Under the pieces are notes generated by a model that worked only from the letters and a program-made list of their open reading frames with translations, was not told where the DNA came from and searched no databases. Position numbers and translations under genes: made by a program. A stretch of DNA of 64,000 nt from Candidatus Multivorans thiocomprendens (GTDB taxonomy: Bacteria; Acidobacteriota; Thermoanaerobaculia; Multivoradales; Multivoraceae), in NCBI GenBank assembly GCA_027493375.1, contig JAPVWO010000240.1, positions 175 through 64,174 on the forward strand, in the 5' to 3' direction. Below are positions 1 through 10,115 of the stretch, one piece after another (the first letter of the stretch is position 1; each line of letters starts with the position of its first letter).

Positions 1-1005
1 GCCGAGACCCGCGTCTTCAGCGACGCCGGCACCTTCTTTGACCTCGTACTTTTTCCCCGGGACGCCTCCGGGATTCGGCGTGGGGGCGTCGGAACCGTTC
101 TCAGTGCCTCGATCACGCTGAACCGGTCCGCCAAGGCGGGCTACTGGATCGCGAAGCAGATCAAGATCGTCGACCCGGCGGAGAACGAGCGGTTCGCCGG
201 TGCCGAGGACTTCGGCTGGAAGCTCTACCTGGAGAACGCGGAGGAGGACTTCGTCGCGCCGAAGTATGTGCCGGGGACCGCTCGGCTGGAGCATGGCCGG
301 GACGTGGTCGAGGGCCGGGCGGTGCAGATGCTCCACGCGAGCTGGGGCGTGAAGGAAGACGGCGGCATGCGCTCCAGACATTCCTGCTGGGCGTTTCTGA
401 ACGACGAGATCGCGACCACCTTTTCTCGTCAAAACACGGGCAGCCACGATGCCGTGACGAATGAGTGCGTGGTGGATTTTCCCATGCCCGAGTACATGCC
501 CTCGTCCAGATACACCCTGAACCGCATCGACATGCAGGACGCCGCCGGGAACCTGGGCAGGGCCGAATTCCAGGAGGGCGGGCCCGGTGAACAGCCCCCG
601 AGTGTCCGGCTTCGCACCAGCGATCCGGACACGGAACCGCCCGAACTCGACCTGAATCGTATCGAGGTCGACGCCAAGCCCACGAACCCGGAGGCCCCGA
701 ACGGCGAGACGATCGTGACGATCAGGTTCCGGGTCAGGGACAACATCTCGGGCTACCAGATCGCGTACCTGAAACTCCGGGACCCGCAGGGGGCGACGCA
801 CTTCGCGTTCCACACTCCCCCGGACTACGGTTCGCTGTTCTCCGCCAGGGACCCGACCCAATGGACGACGCTCGTCCACACCCACATCCTGCCCGCCGGT
901 TCCGCGCCGGGACTCTGGGGGCTCTACGAAATGGACCTCCGCGACAGGGCGAGCAACTTCGTCTCGCACAACTTCACCGAGGTGGTGCGCTTCGAGGTGG
1001 AGTGA
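1..1005 (+). CDS. hypothetical secreted/surface protein, C-terminal part (5' end lies upstream of the window)
   Basis: Frame 1 is open from base 1 (AETRVFSDAGTFFDL...) and continuous with the 268..1005 track ORF. Stop TGA is at 1003-1005. It carries three loosely repeated segments (GYWIAKQIKIVDPAENERF / SRYTLNRIDMQDAAGNLGRAEF / GLWGLYEMDLRDRASNFVSHNF). No family recognised. Confidence 0.6.
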   Translation, partial: AETRVFSDAGTFFDLVLFPRDASGIRRGGVGTVLSASITLNRSAKAGYWIAKQIKIVDPAENERFAGAEDFGWKLYLENAEEDFVAPKYVPGTARLEHGRDVVEGRAVQMLHASWGVKEDGGMRSRHSCWAFLNDEIATTFSRQNTGSHDAVTNECVVDFPMPEYMPSSRYTLNRIDMQDAAGNLGRAEFQEGGPGEQPPSVRLRTSDPDTEPPELDLNRIEVDAKPTNPEAPNGETIVTIRFRVRDNISGYQIAYLKLRDPQGATHFAFHTPPDYGSLFSARDPTQWTTLVHTHILPAGSAPGLWGLYEMDLRDRASNFVSHNFTEVVRFEVE

Positions 1006-1016
1006 CGCTCCGGGCC

Positions 1017-3239
1017 TCAAGGCTCGATCGTCTTCAGGATGAACCGCGCCATCGTCTCGCGCAGGTGCAGCGAGAGGTCGGGGTCGGTCACGCCGTGGCG
1101 TGACTTCGGGTAGAGCATCATCTCGAAGGGCTTGCCGGCCTTCTGTAGCTTCCAGGCCATCTGCAGGGTGTTCTGCATGTGGACGTTGTCGTCCATCGTG
1201 CCGTGGATGATCAGCAGGTCGCCGTGGAGATCTCCGGCCGTCTCGAGCACCGAGGTCCGCTCGTAGCCGTCGGGGTTGTCGTCCGGAGTCGACATGTAGC
1301 GCTCGGTGTAGATCGAGTCGTAGGCGCGCCAGTCGACGACGCTGCCGCCCGCGATGCCGGCGCGGAACCGGTCGGAGCGGGTGAGCGCGAAGAGCGTCAT
1401 GTAGCCGCCGAAGCTCCAGCCGTCGAGGCCGATCCGCTCCGCGTCGACCCAGGGCTTCGCGCCGAGCCAGTCGACGGCTTCGACCAGGTCGATCAGCTCC
1501 TGCTCGCCGAAGTTCCTGTACACCGGCCAGGTCGATTCGACGCCCTTGCCCGAGGCGATCCGGTTGTCGACGACGAGGACGACGATTCCCTGTTGGGCGA
1601 GGTACTGGAACCACATGCCGCGTGAACCCTGCCAGCCGTCGCGGACCTGCTGTGCGTGGGGGCCGCCGTAGACGTGGACCCAGGCGGGATAGACGCGGGC
1701 TGGATCGAAGCCGTGGGGCCGGATCAGCATTGCCGCCAGGTCGACGCCGTCGCTGGTCGTGATCTGCAGGAGTTCCGGCTTCGAGATGTCGAAGGGGTCC
1801 AGGTCGGGCACGTCACCGCCGCCGAGTCCTCGTACCGTGCCGCCGTCGTCGGCGCGCCGAAGCGTCATCGTCGTCGGCGTGTGAAGGTCACTCGAGGTAG
1901 CGATCCAGTTTTCGATCGGTCCGTCCTCCGGGAAGCTCGCTCGGTGGCTGCCGGGTTCTTCGGTGAGCAGGGTCGGGCCCGAGCCGTCGAGAGCGACCCG
2001 CAGGACGTCGGCACCGATTGCCGAGCGGTAGGTACCCGAGACATAGGCGGATCCAGCCTCCTCGTCCACCGCGTTCAGGGAGCGCACTTCCCAGCGTCCT
2101 TCGGTGAGCGGATTGACCAGTTCTCCGTCGTTGTCGTAGCGGTAGACGTGCTGGAAGCCGGTGCGTTCACTGAGCCAGAGAAAGCCGCCATCCTCGAGGA
2201 AACGCGGCGGACCGAGCACGTTGACCCAGGCGTGGGACTCCTCGCGCAGCACGCGCTCCGATTCGCCGGTGTCGGGGTCGGCGCGGTGCAGGTCGAGGAA
2301 GGTCTGCCGTCGATCCTGGACCTGGTACCAGACGTCCCCGTCCGGCGAGAACGTTACGTTGACGATCAGGATCTCCGAGTGTCCGTAGAGGCCCGGGTCG
2401 ATCCAGGTGACGCCCCCGCCGCTGGCCTTCGCGACGCCCAGCCGGACGCGCGGGTTCGGATCGCCGGCCTTCGGGTAGGGGTAGACCTCGAGCGGCGGCC
2501 GGAACGGGATGTGGTCGACTACCGTGAAGCGGGGCACGTCGCGTTCGTCGGTCCGCAGGAAGGCGACGCGGCGGCTGTCGGGGCTCCACCAGTGGGCCTG
2601 GTAGTTGCCGCGGCCGTAGATCTCCTCCTGGTAGACCCAGTCGAGCTTTCCGTTCAGGGTGTTCTCGCCGCCGTCGGTGGTCAGCCGGAGTTCGTTGCCG
2701 GAGACGTCGACGACGTAGAGGTCCGCGTCGCGGACGAAGGCGAGACGGCGGCCGTCCGGCGCGAAGCGGGCGAGTTCCTCGGCTTCCGGACCCCGGGTGA
2801 GCCGGGTCAGCGTTTCGTCGTCGAAACTCCAGGCGAAGAGGTCCGAAACGAGGTCGAGCAACAGGCGGTCCGCGGCCGGCGACAGCCGAAGCGCTCCGGG
2901 CCGCGCCCGTGACGCCGCGTCATCAGTGCTCAGGTCCAGTTGCTCCCGGAGCGCGGTTGCCAGGGGCTCCGGGTCGTAGAACGGGCGGCTTTCGCCCGAC
3001 GCCGCGTCGATGGCCGTCCACGACCAGCCATCCTCGCGATCCTCTCCCGAGAGGTATTCCTCGCCGCCGGGCAGCCAGCGGAGCCGCGGCAGCTCCGGCG
3101 AGAATTCGAGCGCCTCCGGTCCGTAGATGTGGTGGAGCTCCAGCGGCTCTTTCTGCGCTGTTGCCGGCTGGAGTGCGGTAACGGCGAGGAAGAGGGCGAG
3201 AAGACAGGCGAGTGCGAATCGTCGGCTGATCGTCGGCAT
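1017..3239 (-). CDS. dipeptidyl-peptidase IV family serine peptidase (S9B)
   Basis: The C-terminal alpha/beta hydrolase domain has the nucleophile elbow GWSFGGY and later D/H context (IIHGTMDDNVH). The N-terminal part is propeller-like (LDWVYQEEIYG, WWSPDSRRVAF). I chose the second in-frame ATG (aa 38 of the track ORF) because it gives a signal peptide MPTISRRFALACLLALFLAVTALQPATAQ. Confidence 0.9.
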   Translation of the reverse strand: MPTISRRFALACLLALFLAVTALQPATAQKEPLELHHIYGPEALEFSPELPRLRWLPGGEEYLSGEDREDGWSWTAIDAASGESRPFYDPEPLATALREQLDLSTDDAASRARPGALRLSPAADRLLLDLVSDLFAWSFDDETLTRLTRGPEAEELARFAPDGRRLAFVRDADLYVVDVSGNELRLTTDGGENTLNGKLDWVYQEEIYGRGNYQAHWWSPDSRRVAFLRTDERDVPRFTVVDHIPFRPPLEVYPYPKAGDPNPRVRLGVAKASGGGVTWIDPGLYGHSEILIVNVTFSPDGDVWYQVQDRRQTFLDLHRADPDTGESERVLREESHAWVNVLGPPRFLEDGGFLWLSERTGFQHVYRYDNDGELVNPLTEGRWEVRSLNAVDEEAGSAYVSGTYRSAIGADVLRVALDGSGPTLLTEEPGSHRASFPEDGPIENWIATSSDLHTPTTMTLRRADDGGTVRGLGGGDVPDLDPFDISKPELLQITTSDGVDLAAMLIRPHGFDPARVYPAWVHVYGGPHAQQVRDGWQGSRGMWFQYLAQQGIVVLVVDNRIASGKGVESTWPVYRNFGEQELIDLVEAVDWLGAKPWVDAERIGLDGWSFGGYMTLFALTRSDRFRAGIAGGSVVDWRAYDSIYTERYMSTPDDNPDGYERTSVLETAGDLHGDLLIIHGTMDDNVHMQNTLQMAWKLQKAGKPFEMMLYPKSRHGVTDPDLSLHLRETMARFILKTIEP

Positions 3240-3356
3240 GGCGGAACAGTAGCGGAGGATCCGAGCTCCAGACGTCGATTGGCGGCGGAGGGGCCGGCGC
3301 ACCCGGTGGGCATCCGGTTCCTGCGCGCTGGCGCTGCGCCTGTACGGCACCGATCG

Positions 3357-4190
3357 CTAGAACTCGAACTCCAGCAGCACGTCCACGCTCTGGCCTTCCG
3401 CCGTGACGGTGAACCGGTTCATTCCGAGGCGGAAGTGCTCGGCCAGTTCCTGGAAGTCGACCTCGCCCATCCCGTCGACGACGTGGATCTCGATCCGTCG
3501 GATCCTTTGGCCGTTGACCGCGGTGACGTGGACCTCGCCGGGATCCGCGGCCAGGCCCGTGAACTGGAGCGGCAGGCTGGCGAGGCGGACTTCCGGGTCG
3601 ATGCTGTCGTACGGGATGCCGACTTCGAATCCGGGGATGTCGGCGCGGAGAACCGGGAGATCCCGCGCAGCCATGACGTCCACTTCGGCCGGAGCCGCGG
3701 TCTGCGCGTCGAAGATGACGCCGCGGCTCAGGTGCGCCTGCTTGCCCTTGATCAGGATGAAGGGCCAGGCGATGGCCTTGGCCAGGACGGCGGCGGTCAC
3801 GAAGCGGCCCCTGCCGGAGCGGTCGTAGCCGCCCGTGAGTCGGATGGACGTGTCGTCCACCGCGGCGACCGTGTTCGCGTCGACCTCGAGCCTGCCGCGG
3901 ATGCCGGCGATCTTGGCTCGCCGGGCCTTGCTGACCTCGGACCAGACCACTGTGCCCGCTTCGATGACGACGCGGCCGTCGATCACGACATCCTCGGCGA
4001 CCTTGGCGCGGACGCGGTCTCCCGGCCGGACGAAGTTGCTTGATTTCTTCTTGGTCGAGAGGCTCTCGTCGAGGACGCAGTAGACCGTCGTTCCGGCCGG
4101 AATCCGCACGCTTTCGGCGATTCCGGCGGTTGGCAGCGCGGTGAGCAGTACGGCGGCGACCGCCGCCCGGAAGAGACGGGTTTGACGCAC
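3357..4190 (-). CDS. hypothetical secreted protein
   Basis: GTG at 4190 (aa 32 of the track ORF) is preceded by GGAGGT with a 7-nt spacer and gives a signal-like N-terminus VRQTRLFRAAVAAVLLTALPTAGIAES. Composition is coding-like throughout. No family recognised. Confidence 0.6.
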   Translation of the reverse strand: MRQTRLFRAAVAAVLLTALPTAGIAESVRIPAGTTVYCVLDESLSTKKKSSNFVRPGDRVRAKVAEDVVIDGRVVIEAGTVVWSEVSKARRAKIAGIRGRLEVDANTVAAVDDTSIRLTGGYDRSGRGRFVTAAVLAKAIAWPFILIKGKQAHLSRGVIFDAQTAAPAEVDVMAARDLPVLRADIPGFEVGIPYDSIDPEVRLASLPLQFTGLAADPGEVHVTAVNGQRIRRIEIHVVDGMGEVDFQELAEHFRLGMNRFTVTAEGQSVDVLLEFEF

Positions 4191-4344
4191 GGATGAGACC
4201 TCCCGGGTCGTGAGCGTTGGCAGTGGGATGTACGCGGCGGGGCGGCCTGTGGTTTCAGTGCTCGCCGCCGAACCCGGGATCACCTCGGGGACCGCCGGCC
4301 GGCTTGGCCCCGGTCCGCTCCTGCGATACGGTGACCGCTTCCCA

Positions 4345-5916
4345 ATGAGCTTGATCGTCTGGTCCTGGCTGTTCCTCGTCGTCTATCTGGGCGGCATGCT
4401 GGCCTTCGGCGTGATCGGCCGGAACCGGGTCCAGGGGGCGGACGACTTCGCCACGGCTCGGGCCGCCTACGGCCCGTTCTTCCTCGCCCTCGCCTTCGCG
4501 GCAACGACCGCGAGCGGCGCGACGTTCCTGGGGTTCCCGGGCCTCGCCTACGAGCACGGCACGGCGGCGTTGCTGTCGGCGGTCCTCTATCCGGCGGGCG
4601 TGTACCTGGGCGTGCTGATCTGCATGCGGCTGGTGGCGAACGTGGGCGAGCGGTTCGGCTCGCGCTCGATTCCGGAGTTCCTGGGGGACCGGTACCAGTC
4701 GGACGGCATTCGCGTGATCGTCACCGTGGCGTCCCTGCTCCTGTTCTTCTACCTGGCCGGCCAGCTCCTGTCGGGACTGGTCATGTTCGAGACGATGCTC
4801 GGCCTGTCGCCGGCCTGGGCGCTGGGGATCACGGCGGTCGTGCTGATGGTCTACGTGTCGCTGGGCGGCGCCCACGCGGACATCCTCACCGACGGCGTGC
4901 AGGGCTTCCTCATGCTGCTGATCGGCGTGCTGGTGATCCTCCTGTTCCTCTTCGGCGCCGGCCTGGACGGCGGAGTCGGCACGGTCATCTCGAACATTCG
5001 CGGACAGGACCCGAACCAGGTCGGCTGGATCAACCGCTCGACGCCGCTCTACCACTCCTGGTGGTCGCAGTTGGCGGTGCTGCTGGCCCACATTCCGCTC
5101 GGGCTGCTGCCGCACATCGGCAACAAGATCTGGGCGCTCAAGACCGGCAAGTCCCGTTTCACGTTCCTTCGCTTCGCTTCCGTCTTCGGCGTCACACTGG
5201 GCATGCTCGGCCTCGGCGGCGCCCTGGCGCGGGCGGTGCTCGGCGGCCGGCTGTACGAAGAGGGCTCGACCCCGAACGAGGCGCTGCCGGCGCTGTTCAT
5301 CGAGCTCTTCCCGGCTTGGCTGGCCGCGCTCATCGGCGTCGGCATCCTGTCGGCGGTCATGTCGACGGCGGATGGGCTGGTCGTCTCCTCGTCGCAGATC
5401 GTCGCGAACGACCTTTACCGGCGGACGATCGCGCCGCGCTTCCACTCGCACCTCAGCGACGAGCAGCTCGACCGGCGGGTGCTGGTCATCAGCCGCTGGG
5501 CGACCGTCGGGGTCATGGTTGTCTGCGTGGCGATGGCCTGGATGCTGATGGACATGAACATCGCGATCCTGGTCTGGACCGGGAACGGCGGCATGATGGC
5601 TGCCTTCGCGGGGCCGCTGGTGCTCGGCGCGCTGTGGAGCGGCGTGACGCGTACCGGCGCCTACACGGGGTTGATCGTGGGCCTCAGTTCCTTCCTGATC
5701 CTGCACACCGGAATCATCGATCCGGCCTGGTTCGAGGGCAGCTTCCTGCACCCGGTGTTCTCCTGGCTGCACGGCGAGGCGCCGAACCCGACCTCCTGCG
5801 CGGCGCTCGCCGGACTGTTCGCGATGGCTTGCACGGCGGCGGTGTCGCTGGCGACGAAGCCGCTGCCCGCGGCCCATGTGGGGTCGCTGTTCCGGCGCGT
5901 GCCGGCGACCGATTGA
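4345..5916 (+). CDS. sodium:solute symporter (SSS) family transporter
   Basis: It is multi-TM throughout. The typical SSS N-terminus starts at the ATG at 4345 (MSLIVWSWLFLVVYLGGMLAFGVIGRNRVQGADDFATARAAYGPFFLALAFAATTASGATFLGFPG). The upstream 45 codons of the track ORF are not protein-like. Confidence 0.85.
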   Translation: MSLIVWSWLFLVVYLGGMLAFGVIGRNRVQGADDFATARAAYGPFFLALAFAATTASGATFLGFPGLAYEHGTAALLSAVLYPAGVYLGVLICMRLVANVGERFGSRSIPEFLGDRYQSDGIRVIVTVASLLLFFYLAGQLLSGLVMFETMLGLSPAWALGITAVVLMVYVSLGGAHADILTDGVQGFLMLLIGVLVILLFLFGAGLDGGVGTVISNIRGQDPNQVGWINRSTPLYHSWWSQLAVLLAHIPLGLLPHIGNKIWALKTGKSRFTFLRFASVFGVTLGMLGLGGALARAVLGGRLYEEGSTPNEALPALFIELFPAWLAALIGVGILSAVMSTADGLVVSSSQIVANDLYRRTIAPRFHSHLSDEQLDRRVLVISRWATVGVMVVCVAMAWMLMDMNIAILVWTGNGGMMAAFAGPLVLGALWSGVTRTGAYTGLIVGLSSFLILHTGIIDPAWFEGSFLHPVFSWLHGEAPNPTSCAALAGLFAMACTAAVSLATKPLPAAHVGSLFRRVPATD

Positions 5917-6024
5917 GCGGCCCGGGAGCCTGCGCCGCAGGCCCCTGGGCGAGGACGGGATGGGCCGAAACACCGAGGCCGCGAGGGGTTTCGGGGCGGT
6001 AGTATCCGCCGCCGGAGGAACGCC

Positions 6025-6615
6025 ATGCCGAGGATTGCAGAGGAAGCCATGGACGTCCTGTTCCGGGACGCCCGCAGCCAGAACCGGTGGCTGCCGCGTG
6101 AGGTGCCGGGGGAAACCCTGCAGGAACTCCACGACCTGATGAAGTGGGGACCGACGAGCGCGAACTGCTGGCCGCAGCGGGTCGTCTTCACGGTCACCGA
6201 AGAGGCCAAGGAGCGGCTGGCTTCGATCGCCATGCCCGGCAACCAGGACAAGATCCTGCAGGCGCCGGCGACCGCGATCCTGGGCTGCGACCTGGCCTTT
6301 TTCGAGAGGATGGACGTGCTCTTCGCCCACAATCCGGGCATGGCCGAGATGTTCCGGAACGACGCGGAACTCTCCGAAGTCACGGCGTTTCGCAACGCCA
6401 CCCTGCAGGGGGCCTACTTCATGCTGGCGGCGCGATCGCTCGGCCTCGACTGCGGTCCGATGTCGGGGTTCGACAGCGCGAAGTGCGATGAGCTGTTCTT
6501 CCCCGGCACGACGGTGCGCTCGAACTTCCTCTGCTCGATCGGTTACGGCGATCCCGAAGGCCTGTTCGGACGCTTGCCGCGGCCGGAGTTCGAGGACGTG
6601 TGCCGCGTGGAGTAG
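6025..6615 (+). CDS. nitroreductase-family protein (RutE/YdjA-like, putative malonic semialdehyde reductase type)
   Basis: Length of 196 aa and sequence (RSQNRWLPREVPGETLQELHDLMKWGPTSANCWPQRVVF ... LGLDCGPMSGFD) match the small nitroreductase fold. GGAGGA lies 6-7 nt upstream of the ATG. Confidence 0.8.
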   Translation: MPRIAEEAMDVLFRDARSQNRWLPREVPGETLQELHDLMKWGPTSANCWPQRVVFTVTEEAKERLASIAMPGNQDKILQAPATAILGCDLAFFERMDVLFAHNPGMAEMFRNDAELSEVTAFRNATLQGAYFMLAARSLGLDCGPMSGFDSAKCDELFFPGTTVRSNFLCSIGYGDPEGLFGRLPRPEFEDVCRVE

Positions 6616-6619
6616 CTGA

Positions 6620-8062
6620 TCAGCGGCGCCAGAAGGCGGGCAGGAGAAGCGCGGTCACGGCCACGATCTCCAGGCGGCCGAGCCACATCAGGACGATCAG
6701 CAGCAGCTTCTCCCAGCCGGCGAAGAAGGCGTAGTCGAGTGACGGACCGGCGGCGCCCATCGCCGGGCCGACGTTCGACAGGCAGGCGAGGGAAGACGAC
6801 AGCGAGGTCACCATGTCGTTGCCCGCGAGGGCGAGGATGGCGGCGACTCCCAGCCACAGGAAGGCGAAGAGGGTCATGAAGCCGCCCAGGCTGCGCGCCA
6901 CCTGGTCGCTGATCGTCCTTTTGCCGATCCAGAGCGCCAGAACCCGGCGTGGGTTGAACATGAGATGGACCTCGCGCAGCGCCATCTTCAGCGTCATGAC
7001 GAGCCGGCCGACCTTGATGCCTCCCGCGGTCGAACCGGCGCAGCCGCCGACGAACATGGCGAGCAGCAGCAGGGTGCGCGACGTGTCGCTCCAGGAGTCG
7101 TAGTCCCTGGTCGTGTAGCCGGTCGTCGTCATCAGGGACACGGAGTTGAACGCGGCCTCCCGGAGGGCCTCCAGCAGCGGCAGATCCGTGCCGCGCCAAC
7201 GGTCCAGGGTGACCAGCGCCACGAGCACGGCGGCGATCGAGGCGTAGGCGCGAAACTCGACGTCCTTGTAGAGCTGGCTGGGCCGCGATCGGACCGCGAA
7301 GATCAGGGAGAAGTTGATGCCCGCGATCAGCATGAAAACGATGATCGTCCACTCGATCAACGCGGAGTCGAAGGCGGCGACGCTCGCGTTGTAGGGGGCG
7401 AAGCCGCCGATCGACACCGTCGTGAAGGCGTAGCAGAAGGCCTCGTACTGGGTGGCGCCGCCGGCGAGCAGCAGCAGGATGAGGACGATGGTCAGGCCGA
7501 CGTAGATGCGCCACAGCACGGTCGCCGTCTTCTGCACCTGGGGCTGGAACATGTCCTGGGTGGGCCCCGGCACCTCCAGGCGGTAGAGCAGGCGGGCGCC
7601 CGGGCCCAGGCTGGGGAAGAGGGCGACGAACAGGAGCAGGATCCCCATGCCGCCCAGCCACTGCGTGAGGCCGCGCCAGAGCAGGATGCTGGGACTCACC
7701 AGCTCGATGTCGGTCAGGATCGAGGCGCCCGTCGTCGTGAATCCGGAGGCGGACTCGAAGAGGGCGGAGGCCGGATCCGCGATCTCGCCGCTCAGCAGGT
7801 AGGGGAGAGCGCCGAAGAAGGAGGCCAGGATGTAGGCGCCGACCACCACCAGGGTCGCTTCGCGCCGGTAGATCTTCTCGTGCGGCTTGCCCCACCAGTG
7901 GGCGGCCGCACCGGCGAGAGCAGAGACGATCAGCGACCCTCCGAGTGCCGCCGCGGGCCGGTCTTCGCCGTGCCAGATAGCGAACAGGAAGGGGATCAAC
8001 TGCGCCCCGGCCAGCAGCAGGAGGAGCCGCCCGACCAGACCGGAGACGGCGCGCAGGTTCAT
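6620..8062 (-). CDS. trkH: TrkH-family potassium uptake protein
   Basis: 480 aa and polytopic. It has repeated pore-loop signatures SGFTTTGAS, MTTTGYTT and GGCAGSTAGGIKV. Confidence 0.85.
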   Translation of the reverse strand: MNLRAVSGLVGRLLLLLAGAQLIPFLFAIWHGEDRPAAALGGSLIVSALAGAAAHWWGKPHEKIYRREATLVVVGAYILASFFGALPYLLSGEIADPASALFESASGFTTTGASILTDIELVSPSILLWRGLTQWLGGMGILLLFVALFPSLGPGARLLYRLEVPGPTQDMFQPQVQKTATVLWRIYVGLTIVLILLLLAGGATQYEAFCYAFTTVSIGGFAPYNASVAAFDSALIEWTIIVFMLIAGINFSLIFAVRSRPSQLYKDVEFRAYASIAAVLVALVTLDRWRGTDLPLLEALREAAFNSVSLMTTTGYTTRDYDSWSDTSRTLLLLAMFVGGCAGSTAGGIKVGRLVMTLKMALREVHLMFNPRRVLALWIGKRTISDQVARSLGGFMTLFAFLWLGVAAILALAGNDMVTSLSSSLACLSNVGPAMGAAGPSLDYAFFAGWEKLLLIVLMWLGRLEIVAVTALLLPAFWRR

Positions 8063-8090
8063 CCGGTGCTACGGGGCCTGTTGCCGGCGG

Positions 8091-10115
8091 TCAGGGAGCC
8101 GCGGCCACCGCGGCTTCGGGCAGCGCCAGGGCCAGCAGCTCGTTTTCGAAGTCCGTGCCGCTGAGCGCCATCACGATGTACTGGCGCCCTTCGTGGAGGT
8201 AGGTCATCGGCGCGCCGCTGACGCCGGCCGGAAGCTCGGTCTCCCAGACGACGTCGCCGGTCGCCTTGTCGAAGGCCCTGAACTTGCGGCTGCCCGCGCC
8301 CTCGGGCTGGACGACCATGACATCCGAGCCGTCGGCCAGGAACACCAGGGTCTTGGTGACCAGCGCGGAGACCCGACCCTGCTGGCCGAGCGGCGGCAGG
8401 TTCAGGTGGGCGATCGCGGGGTGATCGCGAGGGCCGTCGCCGTTCGGGACCATCCAGAGGTGCTCGCCCGTGTCGAGGTCGATCGCGGTCAGGCGGCCAT
8501 AGGGTGGTTTCGTGATCGGCAGGCCGTTCGGCAGGGTCGCCCATTCGTAACCGTCCGCCTCGCTCAGGTCGACCCGGTAGCGAACGTTGGAGCGCGCGGG
8601 GTCTGGCGGCGGGCGCAGGCCCAGGATGGCCGGCACGGTGACCGACGGCAGATAGAGCACGTTCGTCTCCGGATCGAGCGCGGCGCCGTTCCAGTTCGTA
8701 CCGCCGACCGCCCCGGGAACCTGGATCGTCGGTTTCGTGTCCGGGCCCTCGATCAGTGTCGGCGGCTGGAAGATCGGGCCGATCCGGTACCGCGACACGT
8801 ACTCGAGCGCCATCGCGCGCAGTTCGGGCGTGAAGTCGATCAGGTCGTCGATGGCCAGCCCCTGGAGGTCGTAGGGAAGCGGCCAGGTCGGGTGCGGCTG
8901 GGTCGGCCAGGCCTGCTCGCCGGGAACTTCGGAGGGCGGCACGGGCAGTTCGACGATCGGCCAGACCGGCTCGCCGGTTTCCCGGTCGAACACGTAGAGG
9001 AACGCCTGCTTCGAGGGCTGCGCGAGCGCCTTGATCGGCTTGCCGTCGACGACGATGTCCGCGAGCACGGGCGCGGCGGGGAAGTCGTAGTCCCAGAGAC
9101 CGTGGTGCACCGCCTGAAAGTGCCAGCGCAGCTCGCCGGTTTCCGCGTCGAGAGCGACGATCGACTCGGCGAAGAGGCCCTTTCCCGGGCGGTGGCCGCC
9201 GTACCAGTCGTTGCTCGGGGTGCTGGTTGCCGCGTAGGCGATGCCCAGTTCCTGATCGCAACTGATCCAGGTCCAGACGTTGGCGGCGCCGGCCTCGGCC
9301 GCTTCGGGACTGTCCCAGGTGTCGAATCCGAACTCGCCCGGCTCGGGGATGATGTTGAATCGCCAGCGCAGGGCTCCGGAGCGCGCATCGTAGCCCCGGA
9401 TCATCCCCGGCGGGTTCTTGCGCCGCGACCAGGCGTCGGACGTCGATTCACCGACCACGATCGAGTCGCCGCACACGACGGGCGCCGAGGTCCAGAAGTA
9501 CTGGCGGCGCGTCACTCCGCTGCCGACGTCGAGCATGTCGGCCCGTCCGCCGTCTCCGAAGTCAGGGTCGAGGGCGCCGGTGTCCGCGTCGAGGGCGGTC
9601 AGCCGGCCGTTGCCGGTGAAGAAGAGCCGCCGCGTGTCTCCGTCGTTCCAGGTCACGCCGCCGCGGACGGCGCCGCGGCCCATGTTCCGCGGCTGTTCGT
9701 CCTCGAACGGATCGTAGGTCCAGAGGATCTCGCCGCTCGCCGGATCGAGCGCGGCCGCGGCCAGCCCGGTCGCGACCAGCACCCGCCCGTCGCGCATCAT
9801 CGGCGTGTTCTGGAAGACGAAGGGCGGAGTGACCCCCTCGTGGCGGGCGGCGATCCCGTAGTCGATCGACTTCCAGCGCCAAGCGATCTCGAGCTGGTGC
9901 ACGTTGTCGCGGTCGATCTGGTCGAGAGGCGAGTACTTGCTGCTGTGGCTGTCCGCGGCGTAGTTGTGCCACTCGCCGGCTGGCTGTGTTTCGGTGGCGC
10001 TGGCCGAGGCCGGCCTCAGGTCCGCGTCTGCCTGGCCGTGGGCCGCGGCCGCGGCGCCGGCCGCGCTCAGCGAAACGGCGACTAGGCGCCGTCGGATCTC
10101 GGGGCGCGGGATCAT
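8091..10115 (-). CDS. PQQ-dependent (quinoprotein) dehydrogenase, periplasmic
   Basis: Signal peptide (RRRLVAVSLSAAGAAAAAHGQA). The N-terminal motif is quinoprotein-type (GEWHNYAADSHSSKYSPLDQI...LEIAWRW). W-rich propeller blades run throughout. Confidence 0.8.
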   Translation of the reverse strand: MIPRPEIRRRLVAVSLSAAGAAAAAHGQADADLRPASASATETQPAGEWHNYAADSHSSKYSPLDQIDRDNVHQLEIAWRWKSIDYGIAARHEGVTPPFVFQNTPMMRDGRVLVATGLAAAALDPASGEILWTYDPFEDEQPRNMGRGAVRGGVTWNDGDTRRLFFTGNGRLTALDADTGALDPDFGDGGRADMLDVGSGVTRRQYFWTSAPVVCGDSIVVGESTSDAWSRRKNPPGMIRGYDARSGALRWRFNIIPEPGEFGFDTWDSPEAAEAGAANVWTWISCDQELGIAYAATSTPSNDWYGGHRPGKGLFAESIVALDAETGELRWHFQAVHHGLWDYDFPAAPVLADIVVDGKPIKALAQPSKQAFLYVFDRETGEPVWPIVELPVPPSEVPGEQAWPTQPHPTWPLPYDLQGLAIDDLIDFTPELRAMALEYVSRYRIGPIFQPPTLIEGPDTKPTIQVPGAVGGTNWNGAALDPETNVLYLPSVTVPAILGLRPPPDPARSNVRYRVDLSEADGYEWATLPNGLPITKPPYGRLTAIDLDTGEHLWMVPNGDGPRDHPAIAHLNLPPLGQQGRVSALVTKTLVFLADGSDVMVVQPEGAGSRKFRAFDKATGDVVWETELPAGVSGAPMTYLHEGRQYIVMALSGTDFENELLALALPEAAVAAAP